Sequence record: OR529409.1
Length of the DNA: 64,000 bases
Direction: 5' to 3' (one strand)
Below are positions 30,593 through 39,681 of the stretch, one piece after another. The position numbers and the translations under genes are program-made. The notes beneath the pieces are model-generated. The model was given only the letters and a program-made list of their open reading frames with translations. It was not told where the DNA came from and ran no database searches. Numbering within the stretch: position 1 is the stretch's first letter; the number at the start of each line of letters is the position of its first letter.

Positions 30593-30946
30593 GTGAAAAA
30601 CATTTTAGGTCTCATCATCCTGTTCTTTCTGGCAACAACCCCGGCCCGAGCCCACTTGTTTGGACCGGTGGACCAAGTCAACATCCGTGGTTACGAAACG
30701 ACTCTGATCAACATGCGGTTAAAATCGGATCGTAACGATTACTACGCGTTTAGCGTCGGAGACGTCACTAAGGTGGACAGTAAGGGCAATCCGGTTAAGA
30801 TGTACGTGATGGCTGGCATGGAAGCCATTTTCCCAATGACCATTAGTAATAAGTACATTAAAAACGACCACATCAAGATCTGTTCCTGGCCTCTTGATGC
30901 CCACTCGCAATTCACCGGAAAGGTATGCTTCGATGTTCGCGTATAA
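30593..30946 (+). CDS. Secreted single-Ig-domain protein, pilus-chaperone-like
   Basis: Signal peptide ..ARA|H; YY.F.V strand; KICS..GKVC Cys pair. Confidence 0.55.
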   Translation: MKNILGLIILFFLATTPARAHLFGPVDQVNIRGYETTLINMRLKSDRNDYYAFSVGDVTKVDSKGNPVKMYVMAGMEAIFPMTISNKYIKNDHIKICSWPLDAHSQFTGKVCFDVRV

Positions 30947-31328
30947 AGCACTCATCATCCTCATTGCAGCGTTTTTCACTAACCTGGCGTTAGCTGACGC
31001 ACCCTACATGACTAACAACACCGCCTCGTCTTCTGAACGAGTACAGGTCGGTGATGTGAGTTGCGATTCTTCTAAACCACAGTCGACTATTAATATAGGA
31101 GCTTACGGTAACAACGGCAATCGTTACAGTTACGAAGATTCTGATAAAGGCGGGTTCGTATCCATCTCCATCCCTATCGGGGAATCTGCCGTAAAGACGG
31201 ATTGCTCGCGCCTCTATGACTTAGGCGTGAAGATGAAAGAAGTTGAATTAAAACAGCGTGAAATGGCCGTTGCTGCTGCCGAAGAAAACCTTCGTCTCCA
31301 ACAGCAGCGAGCTTTAGATTTCAAATAA
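30933..31328 (+). CDS. Secreted protein with Cys pair and C-terminal coiled coil (pilus-module partner)
   Basis: Signal peptide ..ALA|D; ERVQVGDVSC; GFVSISIPIG..DCSRLYDL; start moved to ATG 30933 overlapping upstream gene. Confidence 0.6.
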   Translation: MFAYKALIILIAAFFTNLALADAPYMTNNTASSSERVQVGDVSCDSSKPQSTINIGAYGNNGNRYSYEDSDKGGFVSISIPIGESAVKTDCSRLYDLGVKMKEVELKQREMAVAAAEENLRLQQQRALDFK

Positions 31329-31373
31329 CCAACCTTAACGTTATACCAACCAACCCAACAGGAAAATTCCTAA

Positions 31374-31865
31374 ATGAAAAAGATCATGATCGCTATTGCT
31401 CTTCTGTCTACCACAGCTTTCGCCAACGCCGCTTCTGAGCAGGTATGGAACGCGTCTCTCACCAACAGCCAAATCACCTGCGGCATCGACTACACCGGCG
31501 GTACCCCGGTTGAAGGCGGTATTCTTACTGCTAACGAAAGCGGGACGAATACGTCCAAAGCTATTTCCTTCACCCTGATCGCGAACACGCAAAACGTCAA
31601 CTGGCAGATCACCGAAGCCAAACTGGTTCAAAACACCGGCCGGTTTGATTTCAGCGATAACCTGCTGAGCGTAAACGATAAGACCAAAACGTCGGTCTAC
31701 ATCAACGATCAGGAATACGCGTGGCCTGACGCCGCTCAAGCCAAAGCGTTGGCCAGCAATTCTCGCGTGATCAAACTGGCGCCGAAAATCAATCTGGAAC
31801 AGTCGGTCTTCCCGGTCGGGACAACCCGCATCCAAGGCAAGATTGTCATCAACTGCATTCAGTAA
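31374..31865 (+). CDS. Secreted pilin/fimbrial-subunit-like protein
   Basis: Signal peptide ..FANA; TCGI near N-terminus; alternating terminal strand FPVGTTRIQGKIVINCIQ; C-ending codon bias. Confidence 0.55.
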   Translation: MKKIMIAIALLSTTAFANAASEQVWNASLTNSQITCGIDYTGGTPVEGGILTANESGTNTSKAISFTLIANTQNVNWQITEAKLVQNTGRFDFSDNLLSVNDKTKTSVYINDQEYAWPDAAQAKALASNSRVIKLAPKINLEQSVFPVGTTRIQGKIVINCIQ

Positions 31866-31884
31866 TCGTCATCTACACATCTTC

Positions 31885-31909
31885 AATAGGGGGAGTATCT
31901 CCCCCTATT
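31885..31909 (+). terminator. Terminator after the pilin-like gene
   Basis: aatagggggag-tat-ctccccctatt followed by T run. Confidence 0.75.
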
Positions 31910-31940
31910 TTTTACACCCCTCACTTTTAGGAAAACGCAA

Positions 31941-32339
31941 ATGTCTACTATCTCTCAAAACTCAACTACTGATATGAACGGCAAAGTGACTTTTAATAAA
32001 GGCGCTTTCCCGCAGCTGATGACCCCAACTTTCATGATCTTCATCTGGGCCTATCAGCCGGTTATGAACGCCATCCAGGGCTGGAACCCGGCCATAGGTT
32101 TCATCTTCGCCTTTGTCGTCTTCCTGATCTGGTTTTGTCATGACCGCGCATTCTTGGCTTCACAAGGTGCGTTCGTCCCTCACTGGCTTTGGTTCCTTTT
32201 CGTTCCGGTGTACATCTATAAACGCCAGAAACGTAACGGTAATAGCCGTTGGTGGGTCGTCTTCTGGCTGATCAGCGTAATAATGGGGTTGGTGGTTTCC
32301 GCCGCCACTATGGCAGTATTCCATCCCCAGGGTTACTGA
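31941..32339 (+). CDS. Integral membrane protein
   Basis: 3-4 hydrophobic segments; WLWFLFVPVYIYKR. Confidence 0.8.
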   Translation: MSTISQNSTTDMNGKVTFNKGAFPQLMTPTFMIFIWAYQPVMNAIQGWNPAIGFIFAFVVFLIWFCHDRAFLASQGAFVPHWLWFLFVPVYIYKRQKRNGNSRWWVVFWLISVIMGLVVSAATMAVFHPQGY

Positions 32340-32344
32340 TTTCA

Positions 32345-32372
32345 TTTGTGAGGCGGAATTCCGCCTCACAAA
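32345..32372. terminator. Perfect 28-bp palindrome
   Basis: tttgtgaggcggaattccgcctcacaaa. Confidence 0.7.
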
Positions 32373-32414
32373 AACTCTCTTTTATTTTTTATTTATTTCT
32401 TAGGAATAAACATC

Positions 32415-33059
32415 ATGGCAACTCCACGTAAAAAGAAACCCGCAACAAAAAACCGCATGACTTTCGAACAAAAACGTCTGTCTGAAATCATTAAGAAAGT
32501 CTATCACGAGCTCTATTTTGTCGGGGCGTCTTTTTATAAACCGACAGCAGTCAACGCCAATAAGCTCTTCTTGGGCGCTCAGGGCAAGGAAGTACATACC
32601 GCCAGGAGAATTCTATTAGATCATTTGATCAGCCTTAAGACGAACTGGCCTTTATGGGTTGGGTGTTTCTTCAATACCCCTAATGGGATCTCTGTGGCTA
32701 CCGCAGACTCTTTATGGGAAGCGGAGACGATGTTATCCTTCGGGGGACAGTTCAATAAAAGAATAGAGACTGTGGTAGATGGTATCATCGAAGCTGAAAA
32801 TGACCCCGACTGCACTCGGGAAACATTGATAGGTTACGGATATTTCTTTAGCCACTGCGACATCTACAACATGTCCGGGACAGACGAACGTTTAGTAAAA
32901 CTGATGCTCCCCTATATGGATAAACATTTGGCTAAAGAAGTTAAACCAGAAGACGTCGTCGTTAGCACAGACCTTTTGATCGAATCAATAGTCAAACGTG
33001 GTGGGGTCGCTAAAGATGGCAAAATCGAAGAATACATCGAGGTGTCGGAGGAGTGGTGA
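32415..33059 (+). CDS. Hypothetical protein
   Basis: tagga RBS plus AACATCATG leader. Confidence 0.75.
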   Translation: MATPRKKKPATKNRMTFEQKRLSEIIKKVYHELYFVGASFYKPTAVNANKLFLGAQGKEVHTARRILLDHLISLKTNWPLWVGCFFNTPNGISVATADSLWEAETMLSFGGQFNKRIETVVDGIIEAENDPDCTRETLIGYGYFFSHCDIYNMSGTDERLVKLMLPYMDKHLAKEVKPEDVVVSTDLLIESIVKRGGVAKDGKIEEYIEVSEEW

Positions 33060-33613
33060 AACGATTATACCTGTTACTCATTTTGCTCGGATTAAGTTTT
33101 AGTAGTTTGGCCAGAGTCGATATCGTCCTGGTCTGTAACAAAGTTGGAGAGACCAAAGGAACTGGGGTTGTTAAACCGACTCTTTACAACACCGACATCA
33201 ATTATTTTATAATTTCCAAAAATAAAATCTCGTTACTTAATGGGCGTTACGGCGGGGTTCTTATGGAACTGCCTTTTTTCCTTTATCATGATAAAGGAAA
33301 AATAGAGGGTAGTGGGACCGCTGGGTACGATAAGATCGATCTCGGTTTTACTAACGGCGACCTCGTCATAAACCTCACTAGGTTCACGAAATTCATAGCG
33401 ACCCCGGATAACAAAGAGAACAAAGTAGATAAAACGATTGAGTTCTCAGAATGTTATATTTTGGATCGGATTATCACGCCTGATGTAGAAGAAGCAGTAC
33501 CTTTCTCTGAAACTGATAATAGTGATGTTAAAGGCAGAAGAGGTCCTGGTCCGGGACCTGGTCCGGCTAATCCAGGCGGTCACCCCAACGGTCCTCCGGG
33601 ACCACCCCGTTAA
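33053..33613 (+). CDS. Secreted protein with Pro/Gly-rich C-terminal tail
   Basis: Signal peptide ..SSLA; ends GPGPGPGPANPGGHPNGPPGPPR. Confidence 0.7.
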   Translation: MVKRLYLLLILLGLSFSSLARVDIVLVCNKVGETKGTGVVKPTLYNTDINYFIISKNKISLLNGRYGGVLMELPFFLYHDKGKIEGSGTAGYDKIDLGFTNGDLVINLTRFTKFIATPDNKENKVDKTIEFSECYILDRIITPDVEEAVPFSETDNSDVKGRRGPGPGPGPANPGGHPNGPPGPPR

Positions 33614-33631
33614 TTACTCAAAGGAAATATC

Positions 33632-34249
33632 GTGGAAAAAACTATTTTTGACAAGATCGTCGACTGGTCTACTGAACGCAATATCATCACCGCGGGCAAG
33701 CCTTCCGGCCAAGTCCTTAAAGTCATGGAAGAAATGGGAGAAATCGCGGGCGGCGTTGCTCGCAATAAACTCGATTTGATCAAAGATGCCGTAGGTGATG
33801 TTTTAGTCATCATGACCAACGTCGCTAAGATGTACGGGGTTGAACCGTCTTCTGTTATTACCTTTGACGAAGATGAACGAGGAGGGCATTTTGAATGGAG
33901 CGCAGGTACGATTGGGTTGATCGCGGACATGTACGCCTTTTGGGGGGAGGCTTTTAGCCTTGTAGAAGATCACGACGTCGAGCGCAATTTTACCGACCTA
34001 GACGCCGTCTATTATCCGGTGCTCAATATCCTTTATGAGATCGCCCGCCGTTATAACTTTACGTTGCAGGAAGCCATCGAAGCGTCTTACGACGAGATTA
34101 AAGATCGTAAGGGAGTTTTCTATAACGACGTCTTTGTTAAAGAAGCCGACTTCACTCCAGCTTGGGCGGTTGAGACGTTAGCGGATAAAGGTCTGTCGAT
34201 GTCAGCTCGAGGATATCTCTCCCATTGGTTGGCGAGACAAGCTGGTTAG
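33632..34249 (+). CDS. MazG-like NTP pyrophosphohydrolase
   Basis: KVMEEMGEIA..IKDAVGD acidic motif; YDEIKDRKG..NDVFVKEAD; internal insertion. Confidence 0.85.
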   Translation: MEKTIFDKIVDWSTERNIITAGKPSGQVLKVMEEMGEIAGGVARNKLDLIKDAVGDVLVIMTNVAKMYGVEPSSVITFDEDERGGHFEWSAGTIGLIADMYAFWGEAFSLVEDHDVERNFTDLDAVYYPVLNILYEIARRYNFTLQEAIEASYDEIKDRKGVFYNDVFVKEADFTPAWAVETLADKGLSMSARGYLSHWLARQAG

Positions 34250-34295
34250 TAATCTTTGTGGGTGGGGTTTCCCACCCCTTATTTAGGAGAAAATT

Positions 34296-34571
34296 ATGGC
34301 TCAGGCGCCATCCATAGTTTATTATGCTGCACGCACCACACCGACGGGAATTCTTTTGGTTGGTCAGGATCCTGACACCAAAGAGGTTCGTAAGTTCGAT
34401 GTACCTAAAGATAAGCTGAACGCCAAATTAGGCGAGAAGTTTCGTTTGAGTTTCGGGGAGTTTCTCAGGGAAGATGAGCCTGACCCGATTATCTTCAGGG
34501 TTCATGATCTGAGTAAACCCAAAAAGAAACTCAATCCAAATAAGAAGCATGCTAAAAGGAAAAGAAAATGA
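34296..34571 (+). CDS. Hypothetical protein, basic C-terminus
   Basis: aggag RBS. Confidence 0.7.
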   Translation: MAQAPSIVYYAARTTPTGILLVGQDPDTKEVRKFDVPKDKLNAKLGEKFRLSFGEFLREDEPDPIIFRVHDLSKPKKKLNPNKKHAKRKRK

Positions 34572-34777
34572 TCACGGAGATAGTAACTATCGTACTATGT
34601 TACTTCGCCGGAGGGTGGTTTTTACATTTACTCTGGTGGCGTAATCAGAGAGCTCCAAAAGAAGGCTACGTCAAAACGTTATTCAAAGCCTGGCTTAGTC
34701 CTATATGGCATCTGTTTATTCTTATCGGCCATGCGTTCAAACGGGTAAGTGAATTCTTTTTGGAAATCTTTAAGTAG
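34568..34777 (+). CDS. Small membrane protein
   Basis: Hydrophobic segments; ATGA overlap. Confidence 0.65.
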   Translation: MITEIVTIVLCYFAGGWFLHLLWWRNQRAPKEGYVKTLFKAWLSPIWHLFILIGHAFKRVSEFFLEIFK

Positions 34778-34779
34778 TC

Positions 34780-35004
34780 ATGTTAGAGTTTAAAATTAAA
34801 TGCGTCAGAGGAAGACGGATGTATAAACTGTTTTCCTTTTTAAGGGAAGTTCTTTACGGGAGAGGGGTGATTTCTTCTACAGCGATTGACTGGGAGTTGG
34901 GAGAAATCACTTTGAGTATCTTTGCGCCGGGAGAAGAAGAAACACTGACAGAAGAAATAAAACAGTATTGTGAACAACACAGCTCATTGACTTTTCTATC
35001 CTAG
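34780..35004 (+). CDS. Hypothetical protein
   Basis: Operon context. Confidence 0.6.
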   Translation: MLEFKIKCVRGRRMYKLFSFLREVLYGRGVISSTAIDWELGEITLSIFAPGEEETLTEEIKQYCEQHSSLTFLS

Positions 35005-35028
35005 TCTATCTTTTTAGGAACCAACATC

Positions 35029-35277
35029 ATGATGAATAGGTTGAAGTTAAGACTAAAGAAAAACCTTTCTAAGACCTATCGACAATCCATTAGGTTTGAA
35101 TCAGATTACCGCTATAGGGTTATCGACCTCGGCAATCATTTTCGTATTGAGAAAAGGATCTCTGGATATTGGATATTTGCGCACTGGATGCGTTTACCGG
35201 TTATCTTTAACACCTACGACAGGGCTAAGAACAAGATCATTATTCTCGGTATTCATCACACGTTTAAACTCGGTTAA
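35029..35277 (+). CDS. Hypothetical basic protein
   Basis: tagga RBS plus leader. Confidence 0.7.
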   Translation: MMNRLKLRLKKNLSKTYRQSIRFESDYRYRVIDLGNHFRIEKRISGYWIFAHWMRLPVIFNTYDRAKNKIIILGIHHTFKLG

Positions 35278-35307
35278 TCGATTTATTACTAATTAAGGAA
35301 ACAAAAA

Positions 35308-35730
35308 ATGTACTTATGGTTATTTCGCATTTTAATGGTGATCGCTGTTGCACTCAATCTTTATGGGACGTCTATTGGCAACAGACAAATGGTCTCGTTC
35401 GCCGACTGGTTATTTTTACTCTTCACGTCATTCACGATAGGTTGTGTTATCGCTTTGTGTTTAGTTTACGCCACCCTATTCGCAGCGGGCCAAAAGGTCA
35501 AAGATATAGCTAAGAATATCTTAGCTAAAAATGAAGAACGTAAGAAAAAATCATGGTACGGTCTCAGGGTATGTGTCGGTCGCATCTGGCTATTTGGTTT
35601 CATGGCGTTTATGGCTTACTCAGGTTCACCTATTTTGGCTACGCTCAGCATCGTCTTCGTATTGATGTCATATGGGCTAAGTTCTTTGATCACGACAAAG
35701 GCAAAAGACGTTGTCGCTAAGGAGATTTAA
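35308..35730 (+). CDS. Membrane protein
   Basis: About four hydrophobic segments. Confidence 0.75.
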   Translation: MYLWLFRILMVIAVALNLYGTSIGNRQMVSFADWLFLLFTSFTIGCVIALCLVYATLFAAGQKVKDIAKNILAKNEERKKKSWYGLRVCVGRIWLFGFMAFMAYSGSPILATLSIVFVLMSYGLSSLITTKAKDVVAKEI

Positions 35731-35978
35731 TGGAGAATATCTCTTTCGGCGATTACCGAAGATCATTAGGGCTAGCCAGGACCAATCCTAAGACCGATAA
35801 AGAATTCGCCGTTCCGGATCACGCAGAGCGTGTTTATGAGATACCCACGGAGATTGATGTTATCGAGGGCGGCGTAAAGCTTGAGTACATTAGCGGAAAG
35901 GGTCACGTGTACGCGACATACCGCTGGATCGGCGACATGGGTTGGTGGCGCTGGGAAAGCAGAAATAAACCAAATTAA
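35730..35978 (+). CDS. Hypothetical protein
   Basis: TAATG coupling, aggag RBS. Confidence 0.7.
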   Translation: MENISFGDYRRSLGLARTNPKTDKEFAVPDHAERVYEIPTEIDVIEGGVKLEYISGKGHVYATYRWIGDMGWWRWESRNKPN

Positions 35979-35992
35979 CTTTAGGGAATATC

Positions 35993-36445
35993 ATGGCTAA
36001 CGAATTCAACATTAACGGTAAAAGTATCAATGTGCCTTCAGGCGCGTCCATCAGTTTCTCCAATGGCCAACTGTTAATTAACGGCAAACCTCCTTCAGAG
36101 ATTGAACCTGGTCAGAACATCACAGTTAATATCGTCGTGCAGGGTCCTGCTACGAAAATCGATATCGGATCAGGGACTGTTACTGTCAATGGATCGGCCG
36201 GGGAAATAAAAACCGCATCCGGCAATGTTAACGTCCAAGGCAATTGCGAGGGTCAGATAACCACCGCATCGGGGGATGTGGACGTTGGCCAAGAAGCAAG
36301 AAACGGAATAAAAACCGCTTCTGGAAACGTGACTGCAGAGGTCATAAAGGGGAACGTTGAAACTTCTTCTGGGGATGTCCAAGCCGGGGAGATCACCGGT
36401 AATGTTAAAACGACTTTCGGTACAATAAAACCCCCTCATGGTTAA
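35993..36445 (+). CDS. Beta-solenoid repeat protein (DUF4097-like)
   Basis: Repeats KTASGNV / TTASGDV / KTASGNV / ETSSGDV. Confidence 0.75.
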   Translation: MANEFNINGKSINVPSGASISFSNGQLLINGKPPSEIEPGQNITVNIVVQGPATKIDIGSGTVTVNGSAGEIKTASGNVNVQGNCEGQITTASGDVDVGQEARNGIKTASGNVTAEVIKGNVETSSGDVQAGEITGNVKTTFGTIKPPHG

Positions 36446-36451
36446 ACCATT

Positions 36452-36485
36452 TATACTCCTACGGCGATTAAGCCGTAGGAGTATA
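36452..36485 (+). terminator. Hairpin of the TACTCCTAC/GTAGGAGTA family
   Basis: tatactcctacggc-gattaa-gccgtaggagtata. Confidence 0.7.
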
Positions 36486-36539
36486 TTTAAACGGTTATTT
36501 TTAGTTATTGAACTTCTCTTCCCTTTTTAAGGATTATCT

Positions 36540-37403
36540 ATGAATTTTCAATCTTTGAAGAAACTCGTCGGCCCGATTGAGTTATCTTGCATATCCTTCT
36601 GTTTGCTCTTTATGATATTTAATCTACCGGCGGCTCAGGAGTCGTGGTTAGTCTCCGCGGTATGTTATTTGGCTTTATTGTTCTCCGCCAGTTGGTTATT
36701 CGAAGCGGCGGGCTGTGTTCTGTGTTATAAAACAGAAGGCGGGTATGATGACGAACACGATCTAGAACATGCAGAGAACGTATTGCGCAACGACCTTAGC
36801 TCTAAGGAATGGTCTGTATTAACCGCGTGGCGAGTTCTAGTCGGGGTGGTTGTTCTGTTAGGGCTCGGGATATGGTACGGAGTGGGCTATTTTACCATGT
36901 TCTTTGCATCGCAGGGATTAGGCTTGCTTGTCAAAACCTATTACGAAGATTGGAAGAAAAACAACCAGCCGTTGTTAGAGAACGCCCGTAAAGAATTCCT
37001 TTTGGCTATTCAAGATGAAGGCGGTATTCTCAGCGGGGCTGTTTTTATTAAAGGTCGGGGATCCTTCATTCTTAAGAAAGGTTATAACGCAGCTGAATTT
37101 GACGCCATGCTAGATTGGTTAGATTTCGATTATGACCAAGAAGCATTAGAAGATGGATTCATGATGATCCAGGGCTTCTTCGAACTTCAAGACAACTATC
37201 AAATTCAGCGTTATTGGGATGGGGAGGTTGGAGAGTGCTGGGTGGTATTTAAATACCATGATCTGAGTACCATAACCGATCCGTTAACTTTATCGGCTGC
37301 GCTATTAACCGATAATGAATTCGTAGAGGAATTCGAAGAATACCTCAAACAACATCCAGAGGAAATAGGATTAGAAAATGAAACCGATCGAACCGGGCTG
37401 TAA
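36540..37403 (+). CDS. Membrane protein with acidic soluble C-terminal domain
   Basis: Several N-terminal TM segments. Confidence 0.75.
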   Translation: MNFQSLKKLVGPIELSCISFCLLFMIFNLPAAQESWLVSAVCYLALLFSASWLFEAAGCVLCYKTEGGYDDEHDLEHAENVLRNDLSSKEWSVLTAWRVLVGVVVLLGLGIWYGVGYFTMFFASQGLGLLVKTYYEDWKKNNQPLLENARKEFLLAIQDEGGILSGAVFIKGRGSFILKKGYNAAEFDAMLDWLDFDYDQEALEDGFMMIQGFFELQDNYQIQRYWDGEVGECWVVFKYHDLSTITDPLTLSAALLTDNEFVEEFEEYLKQHPEEIGLENETDRTGL

Positions 37404-37803
37404 GTGCCTGATTATTAAAGATATTTATTCTCCTGAGAACGTGGGTAAAGAGGTCACCGTGATCAGGGTTTACGATCCCGGTACTCGCTTCTTTTTCTCA
37501 TTTAAGGACGGTCAGGTGGGGAGCTTTATAACAGCTGGCAGATGTTGGAGTGTGTCTGAAATAATCCCCGCCGTAGTGTTTGTGCGGACGTGCGATGGTC
37601 GCATACGCAGTCAGGTCTTTGATATTAACGAATCTGGACGCCGCATCAATGGACTGGTGGGGGAGCCCAGACTCATACGTATCGATGGGGAAGACTTCGA
37701 CGATAATCCTTACCAGGAGAAGAAACCCTTCTCCGACACACTAACTGAATTACAAACAAAATGGTTGGAATCCCCTCAGGTCTGGGACCAATTCTCTTCT
37801 TAA
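37378..37803 (+). CDS. Hypothetical phage protein
   Basis: MKPIEPGCKCLII start. Confidence 0.7.
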   Translation: MKPIEPGCKCLIIKDIYSPENVGKEVTVIRVYDPGTRFFFSFKDGQVGSFITAGRCWSVSEIIPAVVFVRTCDGRIRSQVFDINESGRRINGLVGEPRLIRIDGEDFDDNPYQEKKPFSDTLTELQTKWLESPQVWDQFSS

Positions 37804-37825
37804 TCACTTATTCTTTGGAGTCGCT

Positions 37826-38083
37826 ATGAATTTCTTATGGGCCTTTCTTGGGGTTTTACTTGTTTCCATTGTTGTTACAGTGGTTCTGGAAGTTAAGCGA
37901 GCGGGCGGTAAACCTATTCCTAAGTTATCGTGGAAGAAGGGATCCTTTCCAGCAATGCCTTTCATCTCCTTTATCTTTGGGTGTTTGTTGGGTCAATATC
38001 AGAATATCTGGGTCTGTTTAATCGGACTCGCTCTAGTCGTGGTGTTACTAAAAACCGATTTCTTCTTCGAAGAAAAAGACTGA
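37826..38083 (+). CDS. Small membrane protein
   Basis: Three hydrophobic segments. Confidence 0.7.
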   Translation: MNFLWAFLGVLLVSIVVTVVLEVKRAGGKPIPKLSWKKGSFPAMPFISFIFGCLLGQYQNIWVCLIGLALVVVLLKTDFFFEEKD

Positions 38084-38151
38084 CTCTATAGGGCTAGCTT
38101 TTGCTAGCTCTATATTACTTTTATGAATTGTCAACTTTAGGAATTAAAATC

Positions 38152-38733
38152 ATGATGAATCAGTTAAAGGATTGGATCGATTACTCTTCTTACTGGAATA
38201 CGTATAATCGTGTTCTTCTTCGTAAGGGAGGAATTTACACCGAACAGATCGAACTGGAGCTCTCCCCAATTAACGACGAGTGGGACGAAGTTAAACTCTG
38301 TAAAATCCGTAAGCATCGTACGAGCATGGGACCGGGAGATAAAATTAGTCATCATCTCCATCCTGACATCTTTGCATTGATGGAAGAGAAGCTAGGGTAT
38401 CATTTAGCCCATTTCATCTTTCACTACGATATCTACACTAAGCTAACCAATTACGATGCAAGAAGATACTGGTACTTGCTCGATCGTTATGTCTTTAATG
38501 GTGGCGGTGGCATACCTCTGGTGTTGATAGATCCAAACTTTGATTTGCTGAGAGAGGATTGGGCTAAAGGCACTTCCTCGGCGTACACTGATGCAAAACA
38601 ACGCATTATGGATAAATTGAACGTAGGTTTAGATCAGGTCAACGATCTGAAATTTCACGACATTTTAAGGCGTTTAGACGCCAACGATCATACGCCGTTT
38701 AGAACGGGTGTCATGAGTTGGGTAGGTGTTTAA
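38152..38733 (+). CDS. Hypothetical protein
   Basis: Start moved to ATG after tagga RBS. Confidence 0.7.
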   Translation: MMNQLKDWIDYSSYWNTYNRVLLRKGGIYTEQIELELSPINDEWDEVKLCKIRKHRTSMGPGDKISHHLHPDIFALMEEKLGYHLAHFIFHYDIYTKLTNYDARRYWYLLDRYVFNGGGGIPLVLIDPNFDLLREDWAKGTSSAYTDAKQRIMDKLNVGLDQVNDLKFHDILRRLDANDHTPFRTGVMSWVGV

Positions 38734-38736
38734 TAA

Positions 38737-38979
38737 ATGAATCTTTATTTAGTAGAAGATCGAGCTATAGATTATAACGATTACGACGCCTATGTCAGTG
38801 CGGTGGTCGCGGCAAGCTCAGAAGAAGAAGCGAGAGAAACCCGTCACGGCCATCCGGTTTTTAACCCAAATGTAAAAATCCACTGGGTGGGTGATAAAGA
38901 ACAATTGGTAGTTCGTTTAATCGGAACCTGTATAGATGAACAGACCGGCGTTATCGACGCTGATTTTAATGCAGGTTGA
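38737..38979 (+). CDS. Small phage protein, paralogue of 45626..45928
   Basis: MNLYLV..Y.AYVSAVVAA.SEEEA..H..IG..GVI..FNAG family pattern. Confidence 0.75.
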   Translation: MNLYLVEDRAIDYNDYDAYVSAVVAASSEEEARETRHGHPVFNPNVKIHWVGDKEQLVVRLIGTCIDEQTGVIDADFNAG

Positions 38980-39057
38980 TGTATTCACAGAAAATAAAAT
39001 GTCGAATAGGGGTTGGTTAAGTCTTAGGATCCAGGCTAGGTTTATTAAGGAAAGCAA

Positions 39058-39333
39058 ATGGCAGATACGTCAGAAATCATTATCACCAGAACGTTCGCTC
39101 AGTTAAAAGAACTTCGGATAATGATCAGCCGTAAATTGGTTAAGTCGGCTTCTTTGGTTGAAACTACAGAGGGATGGTCAGTAGAGTTCAAAACTGAATA
39201 CGGAGATAGGATATTCTCTTCGTCAAAGAATGCGTACTATCCAAAGACCTTTAAAGGATTTACAGCGCCCATCAAAATGCTGAGAAAGATGGGATTTGAC
39301 GAAGTAAAGCTGGTATTTCTAAAAGCCAAATGA
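39058..39333 (+). CDS. Hypothetical protein
   Basis: aagga RBS. Confidence 0.7.
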   Translation: MADTSEIIITRTFAQLKELRIMISRKLVKSASLVETTEGWSVEFKTEYGDRIFSSSKNAYYPKTFKGFTAPIKMLRKMGFDEVKLVFLKAK

Positions 39334-39354
39334 TATTAATTTAGGAGAAATGAA

Positions 39355-39681
39355 ATGAAAGTAACAATCCAAGTGCTGGAAGACAGAGAAGTCGATATTA
39401 TCGAGGCCTTAGAAAAAAGTTTGTTCATCCCCCATTTCTATTTCGTGCATCGGGGGCGGGATAAAGGAGAATTCTTAGGGGAGGATGACGATTCTATTTT
39501 GATCATCTCACAGGAGTTGGTTGATTGTTGTCCCGAACTGGCCGTATTGGAATGCGGGGATTTGGAACAACTGTGTTTCTCCCAACGCCGCACCAAGACC
39601 GAAAAAGAGGTTATTATCGAATACCTCAAAGCCAATCGAGAAAAGATTATCAAAGTCAGTGACTTGCCGGGGTACTATTAA
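39355..39681 (+). CDS. Hypothetical protein
   Basis: aggag RBS. Confidence 0.7.
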   Translation: MKVTIQVLEDREVDIIEALEKSLFIPHFYFVHRGRDKGEFLGEDDDSILIISQELVDCCPELAVLECGDLEQLCFSQRRTKTEKEVIIEYLKANREKIIKVSDLPGYY

